A stretch of 64,000 nt of DNA from the NCBI RefSeq assembly GCF_006345805.1, contig NC_043024.1:8680001-8744000 (forward strand), given 5' to 3'. Of the stretch, positions 13,630-25,813 are shown in pieces; the first letter of the stretch is position 1, and each line of letters begins with the position of its first letter. The notes under the pieces were generated by a model. The model made no database searches. It had not been told where the DNA came from and was given only the letters and a program-made list of their open reading frames with translations. This DNA comes from Octopus sinensis (Eukaryota). Both the position numbers and the translations under genes were made by a program.

Positions 13630-13895
13630 TATGTTTGACTTTTGCTTTACATCTGCACAAGCTGGCTCCAAGTCTCACCCAGAGACCTCAAGAGACAACA
13701 AGTTGGAAGTTCATGTTGGTGTTATGCCTAGGGTGCCATATATTTGGTTTTGTACTTAGTGTTGTACTAGCGAATACCTAAAAAAACCATACGAAAATTA
13801 TGTTTGTTTTAAAACTTGAGATTACATAGAAAGTATGTTATTATTATTATTATTCAGTAGTATATTTTTTATATCGTGCTTTCACTTCACTTATC
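13620..13895 (-). mobile_element. Two Dong/R4-like LINE 3' remnants within (TAA)n
   Basis: 13625-13830 has a LINE-like 3' UTR running into (AAT)n; 13852-13895 is the reverse complement of the 3' tail of the elements at 33072-33543. Confidence 0.55.
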
Positions 13896-14433
13896 ATTAT
13901 TATTATTATCATTATTTTTATTATTATTATCATCATTATTTCCTAATTTTTTTCCCCCCGATAAACATTTTTTTTTGAGGTGGGTTTACTGAAAAAGAAA
14001 GAAATGGGTTCGTGAGTCTTCTTTGGGGTTTTTCTTTTTCGGGAATTGGAGTGGGAATCCAATTAGCATCATTAATTAAGTAAAGCAATGCTAACTTTGA
14101 CGAGGTTTGAGATTCAACGTGAAGCCACTCCTACCTGAAAATTCTGACATGCTCACATACATACATATGTATAGAAAATTATATATATATAAAAACAGTT
14201 GAAAATAAATCTGTAGATATAATTAACAGGGTTAATCAAGGTAAGATTGGAAGTAACAGAACAAGGAAATTGTAAATTAATTAACAAGGAAACGAACAAA
14301 TTAGAATTTTTTGAAAACATGACAAACATCACTTTACAATATATGCGTGAGTCCTTGTATGTTGATATAAATACATACTCATACACACACACACACACAC
14401 ACACACAAATGCATAATAATAGGTTACTGCAGC

Positions 14434-14464
<31 letters not shown>

Positions 14465-14494
14465 AATGCATAATAGTTAGGTTTCTTCAGCATA

Positions 14495-14525
<31 letters not shown>

Positions 14526-14839
14526 AATACATACATATTCATACACACACATATATACACACCCACATAACACATACATACACACACATGAATGCATAAT
14601 ATCAGCAGGTTTCAGCAGTGTACTTACATACATATATATATATATAATATATATATTTATGTATATATGTATGATACACACACACAACACACTATATATT
14701 GTATATATATATGTATATATATATATATGTATTATATATATATATATTTTATATAGTATATATATATTATAATATATTATATATATAATATATAATCTAT
14801 GTATATATGTATCTATAATATATATATATTATATAATAT

Positions 14840-14873
<34 letters not shown>

Positions 14874-14974
14874 GATATATATATATATATATTATATAAT
14901 ATATATATAATATAATTATATATATATATATATATATATATAGATATAATATATATTATGTGTGTGTGTGTGTG

Positions 14975-15013
<39 letters not shown>

Positions 15014-15521
15014 TACACCATATTCACACACACACACATATACATATGCATGTGTGCATTTATATATATACATACAAACATATATCTATATATATATATA
15101 TATATATATATACATTTATATGTATTTATGTATATACACACACTCACTCTTAGTGTATTCCCAAATGCTTACTTTACTTACCCCGTGATGCAGGTTACTT
15201 ACTTAATCAGATCTTGAACCTGGCACCTTAGGTCCCATGTATGTATATAGTAACAGACATCCATACAGCAGTCAAAAGCATGACAGGTCCTTTCACACCT
15301 ACGCAATGTCAGTTCAGATGATGGTGATGCTGGAGTCGATAAGGATGGCGATGATCAATGTTCTTAGAGTGACATCTTAAAGGTGAGTTCGTAGTTTAAG
15401 GCAACCAACATCGAGGGAAGTTGATAAAAGGTATGAGTAAGAAACACACGTGCATTCATGCATATACACACAATTTCTGTCATCTATATACACATACATG
15501 CAAATATATATATACATACAT

Positions 15522-15552
<31 letters not shown>

Positions 15553-15644
15553 TACACACACACACTCTTACTTCCCCACACACTCAGACAGGCATATATT
15601 CATAGATATATTTGCATATATACATACCCATATATACGTATGTG

Positions 15645-15702
<58 letters not shown>

Positions 15703-16143
15703 TATGTATATATGCATACTTATATATATTTATGAATATATACATATATATATATGTATATATTCATAAATATATACAGATATGCATAAATACACATATG
15801 TGTGTATATATATAATATGTGCACATAATATATATATATATATATGTGCACATATATACACATCACACATATATATACATTCATATATATATATAAATAT
15901 ATATACACACATACATACACACACACACCTATATATATACACACACATACATATAGACATACATATATACATACATATGTATATACATGCATACATATGT
16001 ATATACATATATATATATACCTATATATATATAGCTTTATATATATATACATATATATATCTTTATATATATATCTGTCTATATTGATTTAAAGTCTGTC
16101 AGTTTTAGAGTTTTAGCACCACCGTCAATTAAATACTAAATGA

Positions 16144-16326
16144 TTACACGTCTTGATTGTAAATTTCCTTTCTTTCCCTCATTTCGTTGAGGACTCGCAC
16201 TTGAAAACTGTGGCTGTTATTTTCATCATCTTCATTCTGCTCCATTTTTAGTGATTCTAAGATTACTTTGTCAGAAAGACGCAAGAATGGGTTGTACAAC
16301 TTTTCCTCGCGCAGACTCGAAGGACA
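16144..16326 (-). CDS. PNKD: PNKD-like terminal coding exon (CPSSLREEKLYNPFLRLSDKVILESLKMEQ...RVLNEMRERKEIYNQDV*)
   Basis: Acceptor aattttcag; TAA stop at 16144-16146. CPS.L.EE..YNPFLR is the HAGH_C motif; the C-P-S start favours PNKD over HAGH. Confidence 0.93.
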   Translation of the reverse strand, partial: CPSSLREEKLYNPFLRLSDKVILESLKMEQNEDDENNSHSFQVRVLNEMRERKEIYNQDV

Positions 16327-16578
16327 CTGAAAATTCATAAAAATGGATATATATATATATATGTGTGTTTAAATATTTTTGATTATTTATTTAAATATAA
16401 TCATTAACCTGAAGATTGACTATAACCATAATTCGAATTATTAATTGAATTTATGGGCATGAAACGATCGTAGTGGTTTTACTCTTTATCTTATATTAAA
16501 ATTTTTAATACTTTTTGATAGTTATATATTTAAAAATAATAATAATAATATAATAATAAAATAAAAATATATATATAT

Positions 16579-16612
<34 letters not shown>

Positions 16613-16815
16613 ATTATAAATGCATAAGTATAATTTAAATAATTTATAAATTTTAACTATATTTTAAATAATTTAAATTTTGAATTTTATATTTATATAT
16701 TTTTTATATATTTGTATATTATATTAATTAATTTTATTCTATGTATTGGTTTATGTTTTTCACTGTTTGATTTGCCTAATAGTGGTTTTATCTCTAATTT
16801 AATATATATATATAT

Positions 16816-16861
<46 letters not shown>

Positions 16862-17034
16862 TTAGGAAGTATGGCTCCAAACTTACACGGAAAAATTAGA
16901 TTTAGGATTAAATCAAATTTCACAATATAAATATATAAAATATGAATTAGAGATAAAATCACTATTAGGCAACTCAAACAGTGATAGACATAAACCAATA
17001 CACAAATAACAAATAATATAATATAATTAATATA

Positions 17035-17066
<32 letters not shown>

Positions 17067-17413
17067 AAATTTAAAAATAAAATTTTTTTTTTAACCAAAA
17101 AGTACAAAAAGAATGACAAATATTGGTTTGGCAGGATCTGGTAGGCTGCAAGGCCACATCTAGCTCTAGTGTCAACTTTGGCATGGTTTCTACAGCTGAA
17201 TGCCCTTCCTAAAACGACCACCACTTAACAACTGGTGTTGGTTTGTTTACACTCCCAAAACTAAGAAGTTTGGCAAAAGTGACTAGACTTCAAAAGATAA
17301 AAAATTAAATGGTCTGGGGACAATTTGTTTAACTAAGCCCTCCAAAGCACTGCCCCAGACTGAAAGAAGTAAAAAATAAAAACAAAATAAATACTTAATT
17401 ATGTAGAACTTAC

Positions 17414-17461
17414 CGTGGGTAGCATCTTTTTCCTTTGCTTGGAAGCCCAATTAAGCTTTTG
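17414..17461 (-). CDS. PNKD: PNKD-like short exon (QKLNWASKQRKKMLPT)
   Basis: 48-nt exon; acceptor tatatttcag, donor ACG|gtaagt; phase 0/0. KL.W...QR....PT bridges exactly between the flanking exons. Confidence 0.88.
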
Positions 17462-17494
17462 CTGAAATATACAAGAGGAACAATAAGAACCATT

Positions 17495-17980
17495 TTAAAG
17501 AAGAAGAAGAAGGAGAAGGAGGAGGAGGAGGAGGAAGGAGAAGACGAAGAAGAAGAAGATGAAGAAGAAGAAGGAGGAGAAGAAGAAGACGAAGAAGAAG
17601 AAGAAGAAGAAGGAGGAGGAGGAGGGGGAGGGGGAGAAGAAGGAGGAGAAGAAGAAGTAGAAGAAGAAGAAGAAGAAGAAGAAGGAGAAGAAGAAGAAGA
17701 AGAAAGAGGAGGAGGAGGAGAAGAAGAAGAAGAAGAAGAAGGAGGAGAAGGAGAAGAAGAAGAAGAAGACGAAGAAGAAGACGAAGAAGAAGAAGAAGAA
17801 GGAGAAGGAGAAGAAGACGAAGAAGAAGAAGACGAAGAAGAAGAAGAAGAAGGAGAAGAAGAAGAATGAAGAAGAAGACGAAGAAGAAGAATGAAGAAGA
17901 AAGAAGAAGAAGAAGAATGAAGAAGAAGAATTGGAGGAGGTGGTGGAGGAGGAGGAGGAGTGGGAAGAAGAAGGAGAAGA
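17495..17980. repeat. ~480-bp (GAA/GGA)n purine tract
   Basis: Directly visible triplet repeat; it explains the spurious poly-E, poly-S and poly-L ORFs. Confidence 0.97.
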
Positions 17981-18059
17981 AGTGGGGTAGAATCATAGCC
18001 ATGTGTTGAGAGGAATTCTTTGGAGTTTGAAAAATCCATCTCTGGAAACATGGGTATTT

Positions 18060-18317
18060 TGTTCAACATCCTTAACAACCCTTATTCAAGGACCTTTTGA
18101 GCGGGATGGGCTACTTGACATGAAGAAGATTCTAACTGGGCCCCACCTGCAAGGTCATGTACTGTCTATTTTGATATGAGATCCCTATGTCGCGCACATA
18201 TGGTTGTGATGCATGTGCCTGGTGTACCCTTATCAGACGGGTAGTCATGATGGGTATACTGGGCTTCGTATATTTTACCCCAGTGTCACTTTGATGGCAT
18301 ACACTGCTCTCTCACTC

Positions 18318-18370
<53 letters not shown>
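18060..18370 (+). mobile_element. (AAT)n-tailed SINE-like element
   Basis: Same family as 12990-13370. Confidence 0.8.
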
Positions 18371-18375
<5 letters not shown>

Positions 18376-18379
18376 TTAA

Positions 18380-18580
18380 TAATTATAATAATATCGAAAA
18401 ATACCTTAGGAATGAGAACCTAGGTTCGAAATTTCCCTAAGACACCTGATGAAGGCTGAAGGGTATATCAGCCAAAACGTGTTAACAACAAACAAGATGA
18501 GGACAAATATCCATCAAATGTAAACAATGTAAACAATGTAAATAATGTACATAATTCCTCATCTCTTAAATATGGAACAG
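18380..18580 (+). mobile_element. Penelope-like terminal fragment with a degenerate minimal hammerhead motif
   Basis: GACAC-CTGATGA-A-GGCTG..CAGCC-AAAAC-GTGTT at 18441-18483. Confidence 0.6.
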
Positions 18581-18714
18581 TAACATCTTCTGTGTCTTTT
18601 TGGTTTTTCTCTATGTCTCTGATCCATAAAGAAGAATAGACTTTACATTAGAGCTGAAGATAAGCAATTTAGTTTATGATAATTTCTCTGAAAGCTCAGA
18701 GGTTCTTGAGAATG

Positions 18715-19149
18715 TATTTCTTTACTGCCCACAAGGGGCTAAACATAGAGGGGACAAACAAGGACAGACAAAGGGATTAAGTCGATTACATCAACCCCAG
18801 TGGGAAACTGGTACTTAATTTATCGACCTTGAAAGGATGAAAGGCAAAGTCGACCTCGGCGGAATTTGAACTCAGAATGTAACGGCAGACAAAATACCTA
18901 TTTCTTTACTGCCCACAAGGGGCTAAACATAGAGGGGACAAACAAGGACAGACAAAGGGATTAAGTCGATTACATCGACCCCAGAGGGAAACTGGTACTT
19001 TATTTATCGACCCCGAAAGGATGAAAGGCAAAGTCGACCTCGGCGGAATTTGAACTCAGAACGTAACGACAGACGTTCTGAGTTCAATTCCGCCGAGGTC
19101 GACTTTGCCTTTCATCCTTTCGGGGTCGATAAATAAAGTACCAGTTTCC
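18715..19149 (-). mobile_element. 184-bp SINE dimer followed by a fold-back inverted copy
   Basis: Two body units, then a 78/77-bp inverted repeat (18987-19064 and 19073-19149). Confidence 0.88.
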
Positions 19150-19370
19150 TGAGAATGGTGAACACTGCTCTAGCTTTATGCACTTCGGCTGACACCTCTC
19201 TCTCTCTCTGTGCCACTGTTTATTATTATGTTACTGAGAGAAGCAAGGGAGATGGCCTCCTCTATGCCACATGGAAGGACAGAACCCAAGGTCACATACA
19301 CTTGGGGAACCAGTTTTTCAACCACACAGCCACACCTGCACCAACCCACATCAATAAGAAAATAGTTTAC

Positions 19371-19438
19371 CCTTGTGATTTCATTATCTGGGTTTAAGTG
19401 GATAGCAAACTTTAAGTTCTGAACGGCATACTCATGAC
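19371..19438 (-). CDS. PNKD: PNKD-like exon ((G)HEYAVQNLKFAIHLNPDNEITR)
   Basis: 68-nt exon; acceptor atattttgcag, donor AGG|gtaaac; phase 1 to phase 0. GHEY..NL.FA...P.N is the glyoxalase II C-terminal motif. Confidence 0.92.
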
Positions 19439-19899
19439 CTGCAAAATATAAGATCAAAGGAGAAAACAATAATTCTTCAGAATTCACTGTTAAAAATATA
19501 TTTTATGAAACTTGCGATAAAATTTACATTAAAAATGTTATGGCAGTTCCTCAGAGGTGGTCACCTTGGTCAACACATTCTGAATTAAACAACTATTAAA
19601 TTTTCTTGAATAATTAAATGAAACACAGACACACACACATATATATAAGATGGGATTCTTTCAGTTTCCATCTACCAAATCCGCTTGCATGGGTTTGGTT
19701 GGCCTGAGGCTATTGTAGAAGACATTTGCCCAAGATGCCACACAATGAGACTGAACCCGGAACTGTGTGGTTGGGAAGCAAGCTTCTTACCACACAGCCA
19801 TGGCTATATATCATCATCATCATTTAATGTCTGCTTTTAATGCTGGCATGGGTTGGACAGTTTGACGGGAGCCAGCTAGGCAGAATACTACATCGGGTT

Positions 19900-21000
19900 T
19901 CAACACACATACACACACATGTTAGTTGTATATATGTATGTTTATGAATAGCCACCAAATACATGGCACATGCGTGTATGTGTGCGTGCATGTGTGTGAG
20001 TGCATGTGTGTGTGTGAGTGTGCGTGAGTGTGTGTGGGTGTGTGTGTGTGAGTGTGTGTGCATGTTCGTGTGCATACACACACACACGCACTCACACCCA
20101 CACATACACACACTCACACACACACATACTCACACACACACACACACACTCACACATGCATGCACACATGCACTCACACACACACACACATACATGTATG
20201 TTGTATATATGTATGTGTTTATGAATAGCCATGAAACACATGGCACATGTGTGTGTGTGTGTGAGTGTGCATACACACACACACACACACGCACTCACAC
20301 CCACACACACACGCACTCACACACACCCACAGCCAAACTCACTTAAAATGGTAGCATTCGGTTTCTACCGTTTTGTGTTGCATGATTCCACTGTCACTAT
20401 CTCTTCAGATGTGAAATGTCATACAAACCACGTGACTCACACCCCCACTACTTCCCCACCCACCTGTCACATCACCCACCCCACCCCATCCCACACCATA
20501 CCAGTCACCCCTCCAACTCCAGCATGTACACACACACACACATACACACACACGTACACACACATACACACACACATGTACACACGCATACACACACATG
20601 TACACACCCACATGTACACACACACCCACACACAAACACACACATACACACATACATACATAGAGACACACATACACACACACATATGTACACACACATA
20701 CACACAAACATACACACACACACACACGCATACACACACATACACACACACATGTACACACACATACACACACATGTACACACCCACATGTACACACACA
20801 CCCACACACAAACACACACATACACACACACATACATACATAGACACACACATACACACACACATATGTACACACACATACACACAAACATACACACACA
20901 CACGCATACACACACATACATACACACAGACACACACACAGACACACACACACACACATACATACACACATACACACACACACACATATACATGATGATG
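19900..21000. repeat. Compound (CA)n/(TG)n microsatellite region
   Basis: Visible dinucleotide repeats that produce H/T and C/V ORFs. Confidence 0.95.
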
Positions 21001-21607
21001 TTAATCATGTCCTCTCTTGCTGCCTATCTGTCTGTCTGTGTGTCTGGCAATCTGTCTGTGTGTCTGTCTCTTTCGTTATTACATTATTTGTTTGAAGAGT
21101 CAAAGTAATGATTTTCCCACGAGATCAACAAAAAACAAAGTTAAAAAGAAAAAAAAGAAGAAAAAAATGAACAAAACAAAGCCCCAAAACAAACAAAAAC
21201 AAAAAAGACACTCCCCCGCCTACCACCATCAATTCGTCTCGTTGCAACCAACAACAGATGGATCTTAGACAGATACTTTATGAAAATATTGAAAGCTCAG
21301 AAAATAAATTTCTTGGAGGAATTTCTTAGGGACGCCATCAGCATAAAAAGAAAACCATTACAGTCATAGTCAAGTTGGCGTTACCAAATTCAATGCACAA
21401 AGGAGCATTGAGAAAAAAAATAGAATAAAGTACAAAAAAACCCTTACTAGAAACAATTATACCATTATCACCATTGTCATTGTCATCACCACCATAATCA
21501 CCAGCATCACCATCATGACGATGATGACAACCACCACTATACCTTGGGGATCATCTCTCACTTTTCTATCTCTCTCTCTCTCTCTCACTGCTAACTGGGG
21601 TATCCTC

Positions 21608-21741
21608 TATAGGGCCTTGCTTCGGTTGAGAGGAAACATAAATTTTGTCCTATTATTAAAAATATAAAATTTTTTTTGTCCTGTTGTTAAAAATAGGACA
21701 AAATTTATCATGTTTCCTCTCAACCCAAACAAGGCTCTATA
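21608..21741. mobile_element. Small fold-back (MITE-like) element
   Basis: TATAGGGCCTTGCTTCGGTTGAGAGGAAACAT..TTTTGTCCTATT pairs with AATAGGACAAAA..ATGTTTCCTCTCAACCCAAACAAGGCTCTATA. Confidence 0.7.
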
Positions 21742-21814
21742 ACCTGTTTTACAATAGGACAAAAGAAAAATTTATATTATTTATTCTCAACCAAAGCAAG
21801 GCTTTATAACCTCA

Positions 21815-22785
21815 CCTATTTCTTTACTACCCACAAGGGGCTAAACACAGAGAGGACAAACAAGGACAGACAAACGGATTAAGTCAATTACATCGACCCC
21901 AGTGCGTAAATGGTACTTATTTGATCGACCCCGAAAGGATGAAAGGCAAAGTCGACCTCGGCAGAATTTGAACTCAGAACGTAGTGGCAGACAAAATACC
22001 TATTTCTTTACTACCCACAAGGGGCTAAACACAGAGAGGACAAACAAGGACAGACAAAGGGATTAAGTCGATTACATCAACCCCAGTGCGTAACTGGTAC
22101 TTATTTGATCGACCCCGAAAGGATGAAAGGCAAAGTCGACCTCAGCGGAATTTGAACTCAGAACGTAATGGCAGACGAAATACCTATTTCTTTACTACCC
22201 ACAAGGGGCTAAACATAGAGGGGACAAACAAGGACAGACATAGGTATTAAGTCGATTACATCGACCCCAGTGCATAACTGGTACTTAATTTATCGACACC
22301 AAAAGGATGAAAGGCAAAGTCGACCTCGGCGGAATTTGAACTCAGAAAGTAACAGCAGACGAAATACCTATTTCTTTACTACCCACAAGGGACTAAACAC
22401 AGAGGGGACAAACAAGGACAGACAAACGGATTAAGTCGATTATATCGACCCCAGTGCGTAACTGGTACTTATTTAATTGACCCCAAAAGGATGACAGGCA
22501 AAGTCGACCTCAGCGGAATTTGAACTCAGAACGTAATGGCAGACGAAATACCTATTTCTTTACTACCCACAAGGGGCTAAACATAGAGGGGACAAACAAG
22601 GACAGACATAGGTATTAAGTCGATTACATCGACCCCAGTGCATAACTGGTACTTAATTTATCGACACCAAAAGGATGAAAGGCAAAGTTGACCTCGGCGG
22701 AATTTGAACTCAGAACGTAGCGGCAGACGAAATACCGCTAAGCATTTCGCCCGGCGTGCTAACGGTTCTGCCAGCTCGCTGCCTT
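21815..22785 (-). mobile_element. SINE pentamer: five exact 184-bp bodies with a single head
   Basis: Unit starts at 21815, 21999, 22183, 22367 and 22551; head at 22735-22785. Confidence 0.93.
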
Positions 22786-23089
22786 GAGCATTTCGCCTGG
22801 CACCTGCTTATTCAGAACTCATTCAAGTGTGGGACTGTGGTTATCATCATCATCATCAACAACAACAACAAAGACAGTCACAATTCCTGTTACTCTGCAT
22901 CTCCCAGCTCTGTCATGGCCATACAAAACCACAACCAAGGGCCATCCACCATGTTGATGCCGAAGTCCGTCTGGTTCCACCACTGAGCCATCAGCAACCA
23001 TTACTACTACTGCTACTACTGTTGCTGCTGCTGTTGCCATCTCTATCGCTATGACAACCAGTCATCACAATGGTATCTACACAAGCCAC

Positions 23090-23380
23090 AATTACCACCG
23101 CCACCACCACCACCACCACCACCAACCACCACCACCACCACCACCACCACCAACCACCACCACCTCCACCACCACCACCACCACAACCTACACCTCCGCC
23201 ACCACCACCACCACCAACCACCACCACAACCTACACCTCCGCCGCCACAACCACCTACACAACCACCACCTCTAATAACCAACACCACCACAGCCACCGC
23301 CACCACCACCACCGCCGCCGCCACCACCACCGCAATCACCACCATCACCATACCACCACCACCACCACCATACCACCACC
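23090..23380. repeat. (CAC)n microsatellite
   Basis: Visible triplet repeat. Confidence 0.95.
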
Positions 23381-23939
23381 GTCTACTTCCTCCTCACTAG
23401 GGTACCCATTACATACTCTCCCCGTTTCTCTGAAAGGTCACTGATTACAACAACAGCAACAACAACGTAGATAGATAAATAAATAAACTTTCAAATCAAA
23501 AAAAATTGATGGCCTTTTAAAAACCCTACACCCCACCCCACCCCACCATCACCATTACCCCCACACCATTTCCATCTGCCCACCCACATCCCTCTCCCAT
23601 CTATCCCCCATCCCAGACTCCCTCGTCAGCATCAATGTGTTTTTTCGTCTTCATTAGCAGAAGAGGTGGGGTGGTTGTGGCTGGCATGAATGCCAGGGTA
23701 GGGGAAGGGTGTTTGCTTAAGTACCCACTTAGATTGGGATTAGATGAAGGTGGACAAGGGCTGAGGGGTACTGCAAATAGGGGTACAATTAGGCCCTTTT
23801 ATTGCATTTAATTTTTGTTGCTCCTACAGATTTAGTATGTGGGTGATGCTCATGGTGGGGTTGGCATTGTGCTTCAGAGTTAAGGTTGAGGGGCACTGGG
23901 TAAGCGATAGGAACTGATGTAAATCACTTAAATTGTTTC

Positions 23940-24230
23940 ATCATCATCATCGTTGTTTAGTGTCCGCTTTCCATGCTAGCATGGGTTGGATGGTTCAACT
24001 GGGGTCTGGGAGGCCAGAAGGCTGCACCAGGCCAGTCTGATCTGGCAGTGTTTCTACAGCTGGATGCCCTTCCTAACGCCAACCACTCCAAGAGTGTAGT
24101 GGGTGCTTTTTACGTGCCACTGGCACGGGGGCCAGGCGAGGCTGGCGAACGGCCACGATCGGATGGTGTTTTTTATGTGCCACCGGCACGGAGGCCAGAC
24201 GAGGCTGGCAACTGCCACAATTGGATGGTT
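23940..24230 (-). mobile_element. RTE-related SINE / LINE 3' end with (ATG)n tail
   Basis: CATCATCG..GTCCG..TTCCATGCTAGCATGGGTTGG...GGATGCCCTTCCTAACGCCAACC is shared with 44743-44900 and 62960-63157. Confidence 0.75.
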
Positions 24231-24764
24231 CTTTTTTTCAATAATAAAAAAAAATGGTAGAACAAAAAGCTAACTGGCTGTGTGGTAAGTAGCTTGCTTA
24301 CCAACCACATGGTTCCAAGTTCAGTTTCCCAGTGTGTCACCTTGGGCAAGTGTCTTCTACTACAGCCTCAGGCTGACCAAAGCCTTGTGAGTGGATTTCA
24401 TAGATAGGAACTGAAAGAAGCCTGGTGTGGCTGTGTAGTAAGGACTTGGTGAGATTTGAACCCAAATGTAAAGATGAATGAAATGTTGTAAAGCATTTTG
24501 CCCAATGTGCTAACTATTCCGACAGCTCACTACTAGCATAATAATTACATTTAGATTATTTGCAACTTTTAAATGAGGTAGACCAAAGAAAAGGGGGAGG
24601 GGACAGGTGGAGGAGGAGATTGGGAGGGTTGGTTTGAAAAAAGAGGATGCCCCAAACGGGACAAGATGGCGAGATAGTGTGAGGGCATTGGGGTAGATCT
24701 GGCCACCCCCGTTAACAGGGAAAAACCTGGATTTAAAACACTGGATGATGATGACATGAAGTCA

Positions 24765-24965
24765 AGTTAAGTTAAGTTAAGTTAATTTTTTGGCTCAAAA
24801 GGCAAAAAGCAAGGCCATGTGGGGGGACAGGGAGTTATGTAGAGGGAGGGTGTTCATGCAAAGAGTTCAGGCCATTTCTGGTCAAGAGAGACTTTGAACC
24901 GAGCGGTCGTCGGCATCTTCACTATCTCGTTCGGCAGCTTATTCCACGGATCCGCAAATCGGATA
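24765..24965 (-). mobile_element. CR1-group LINE 3' fragment with (TTAAC)n tail
   Basis: Longer copy at 51558-51935. Confidence 0.8.
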
Positions 24966-25713
24966 TGGATGGGTTTCTCTCTGTTAGTAATACATTAAAA
25001 AAAGGAAGAGAGAAAGAGGGAGGGAGAGAGAGAGAGAGAGACAGAGATAAGAGGACCTACTTCTCTTTCTGTCACCAATACCTATCCACCTAAGAGGAAA
25101 AAAAAAAAAAACAGAGAACTTGGAGCAGGAGTGGCTGTGTGGTAAGTAGCTTGTTTACCAACCACATGGTTCCGGGTTCAGTCCCACTGCGTGACACCTT
25201 GGGCAAGTGTCTTCAACTATAGCCTTGGGCCGACCAAAGCCTTGTGAGTGGATTTGGTAGACAGAAACTGAAAGAAGCCCGTCGTATATATGTATATATA
25301 TATATGTGTGTGTGCGTGTGTGTTTGTGTGTCTGTATTTGTCCCCCTAGCATTGCTTGACAACCAATGCTGGTGTGTTTACGTCCCCGTTACTTAGCGGT
25401 TCGGCAAAAGAGACCGATAGAATAAGTACTGGGCTTACAAAAAGAATAAGTCCCTATGTGTGTGTGTGTGTTTCTATATTTATATGTGTGTGTGGGTGTA
25501 TATATAGGTGTGTGTGTATACCTATATGTGTGTGTGTATGTGTGTTTCTGATTTATATGTGTGTGGGTGTATATATAGATGTGTGTGTATACCTATATGT
25601 GTGTGTGTGTGTTTCTGTATTTATATGTGTGTGTGAATGTATATATAGTTGTGTGTGTATACCTATATGTGTGTGTGTGTGTGTTTCTGTATTTATATGT
25701 GTGTGTGAGTGTA

Positions 25714-25813
25714 NNNNNNNNNNNNNNNNNNNNNNNNNNNNNNNNNNNNNNNNNNNNNNNNNNNNNNNNNNNNNNNNNNNNNNNNNNNNNNNNNNNNNNN
25801 NNNNNNNNNNNNN
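25714..25813. other. Assembly gap (100 N, probably a placeholder of unknown size), flanked by GT/TA-rich repeats
   Basis: Run of exactly 100 N. Confidence 0.99.

Noticed and set aside
8019-16100. Numerous I/Y/H/T/C/V-rich ORFs
   Set aside because: They are translations of (TA)n, (CA)n and (TACA)n microsatellites.
17410-18078. Ser/Pro-, Glu- and Leu-rich ORFs
   Set aside because: They are frames of the (GAA/GGA)n tract; only 17414-17461 is a real exon.
21815-22785. CRISPR array or hammerhead retrozyme interpretation of the 184-bp repeats
   Set aside because: There are no unique spacers, the context is eukaryotic, and I found no CUGANGA/GAAA core on either strand.
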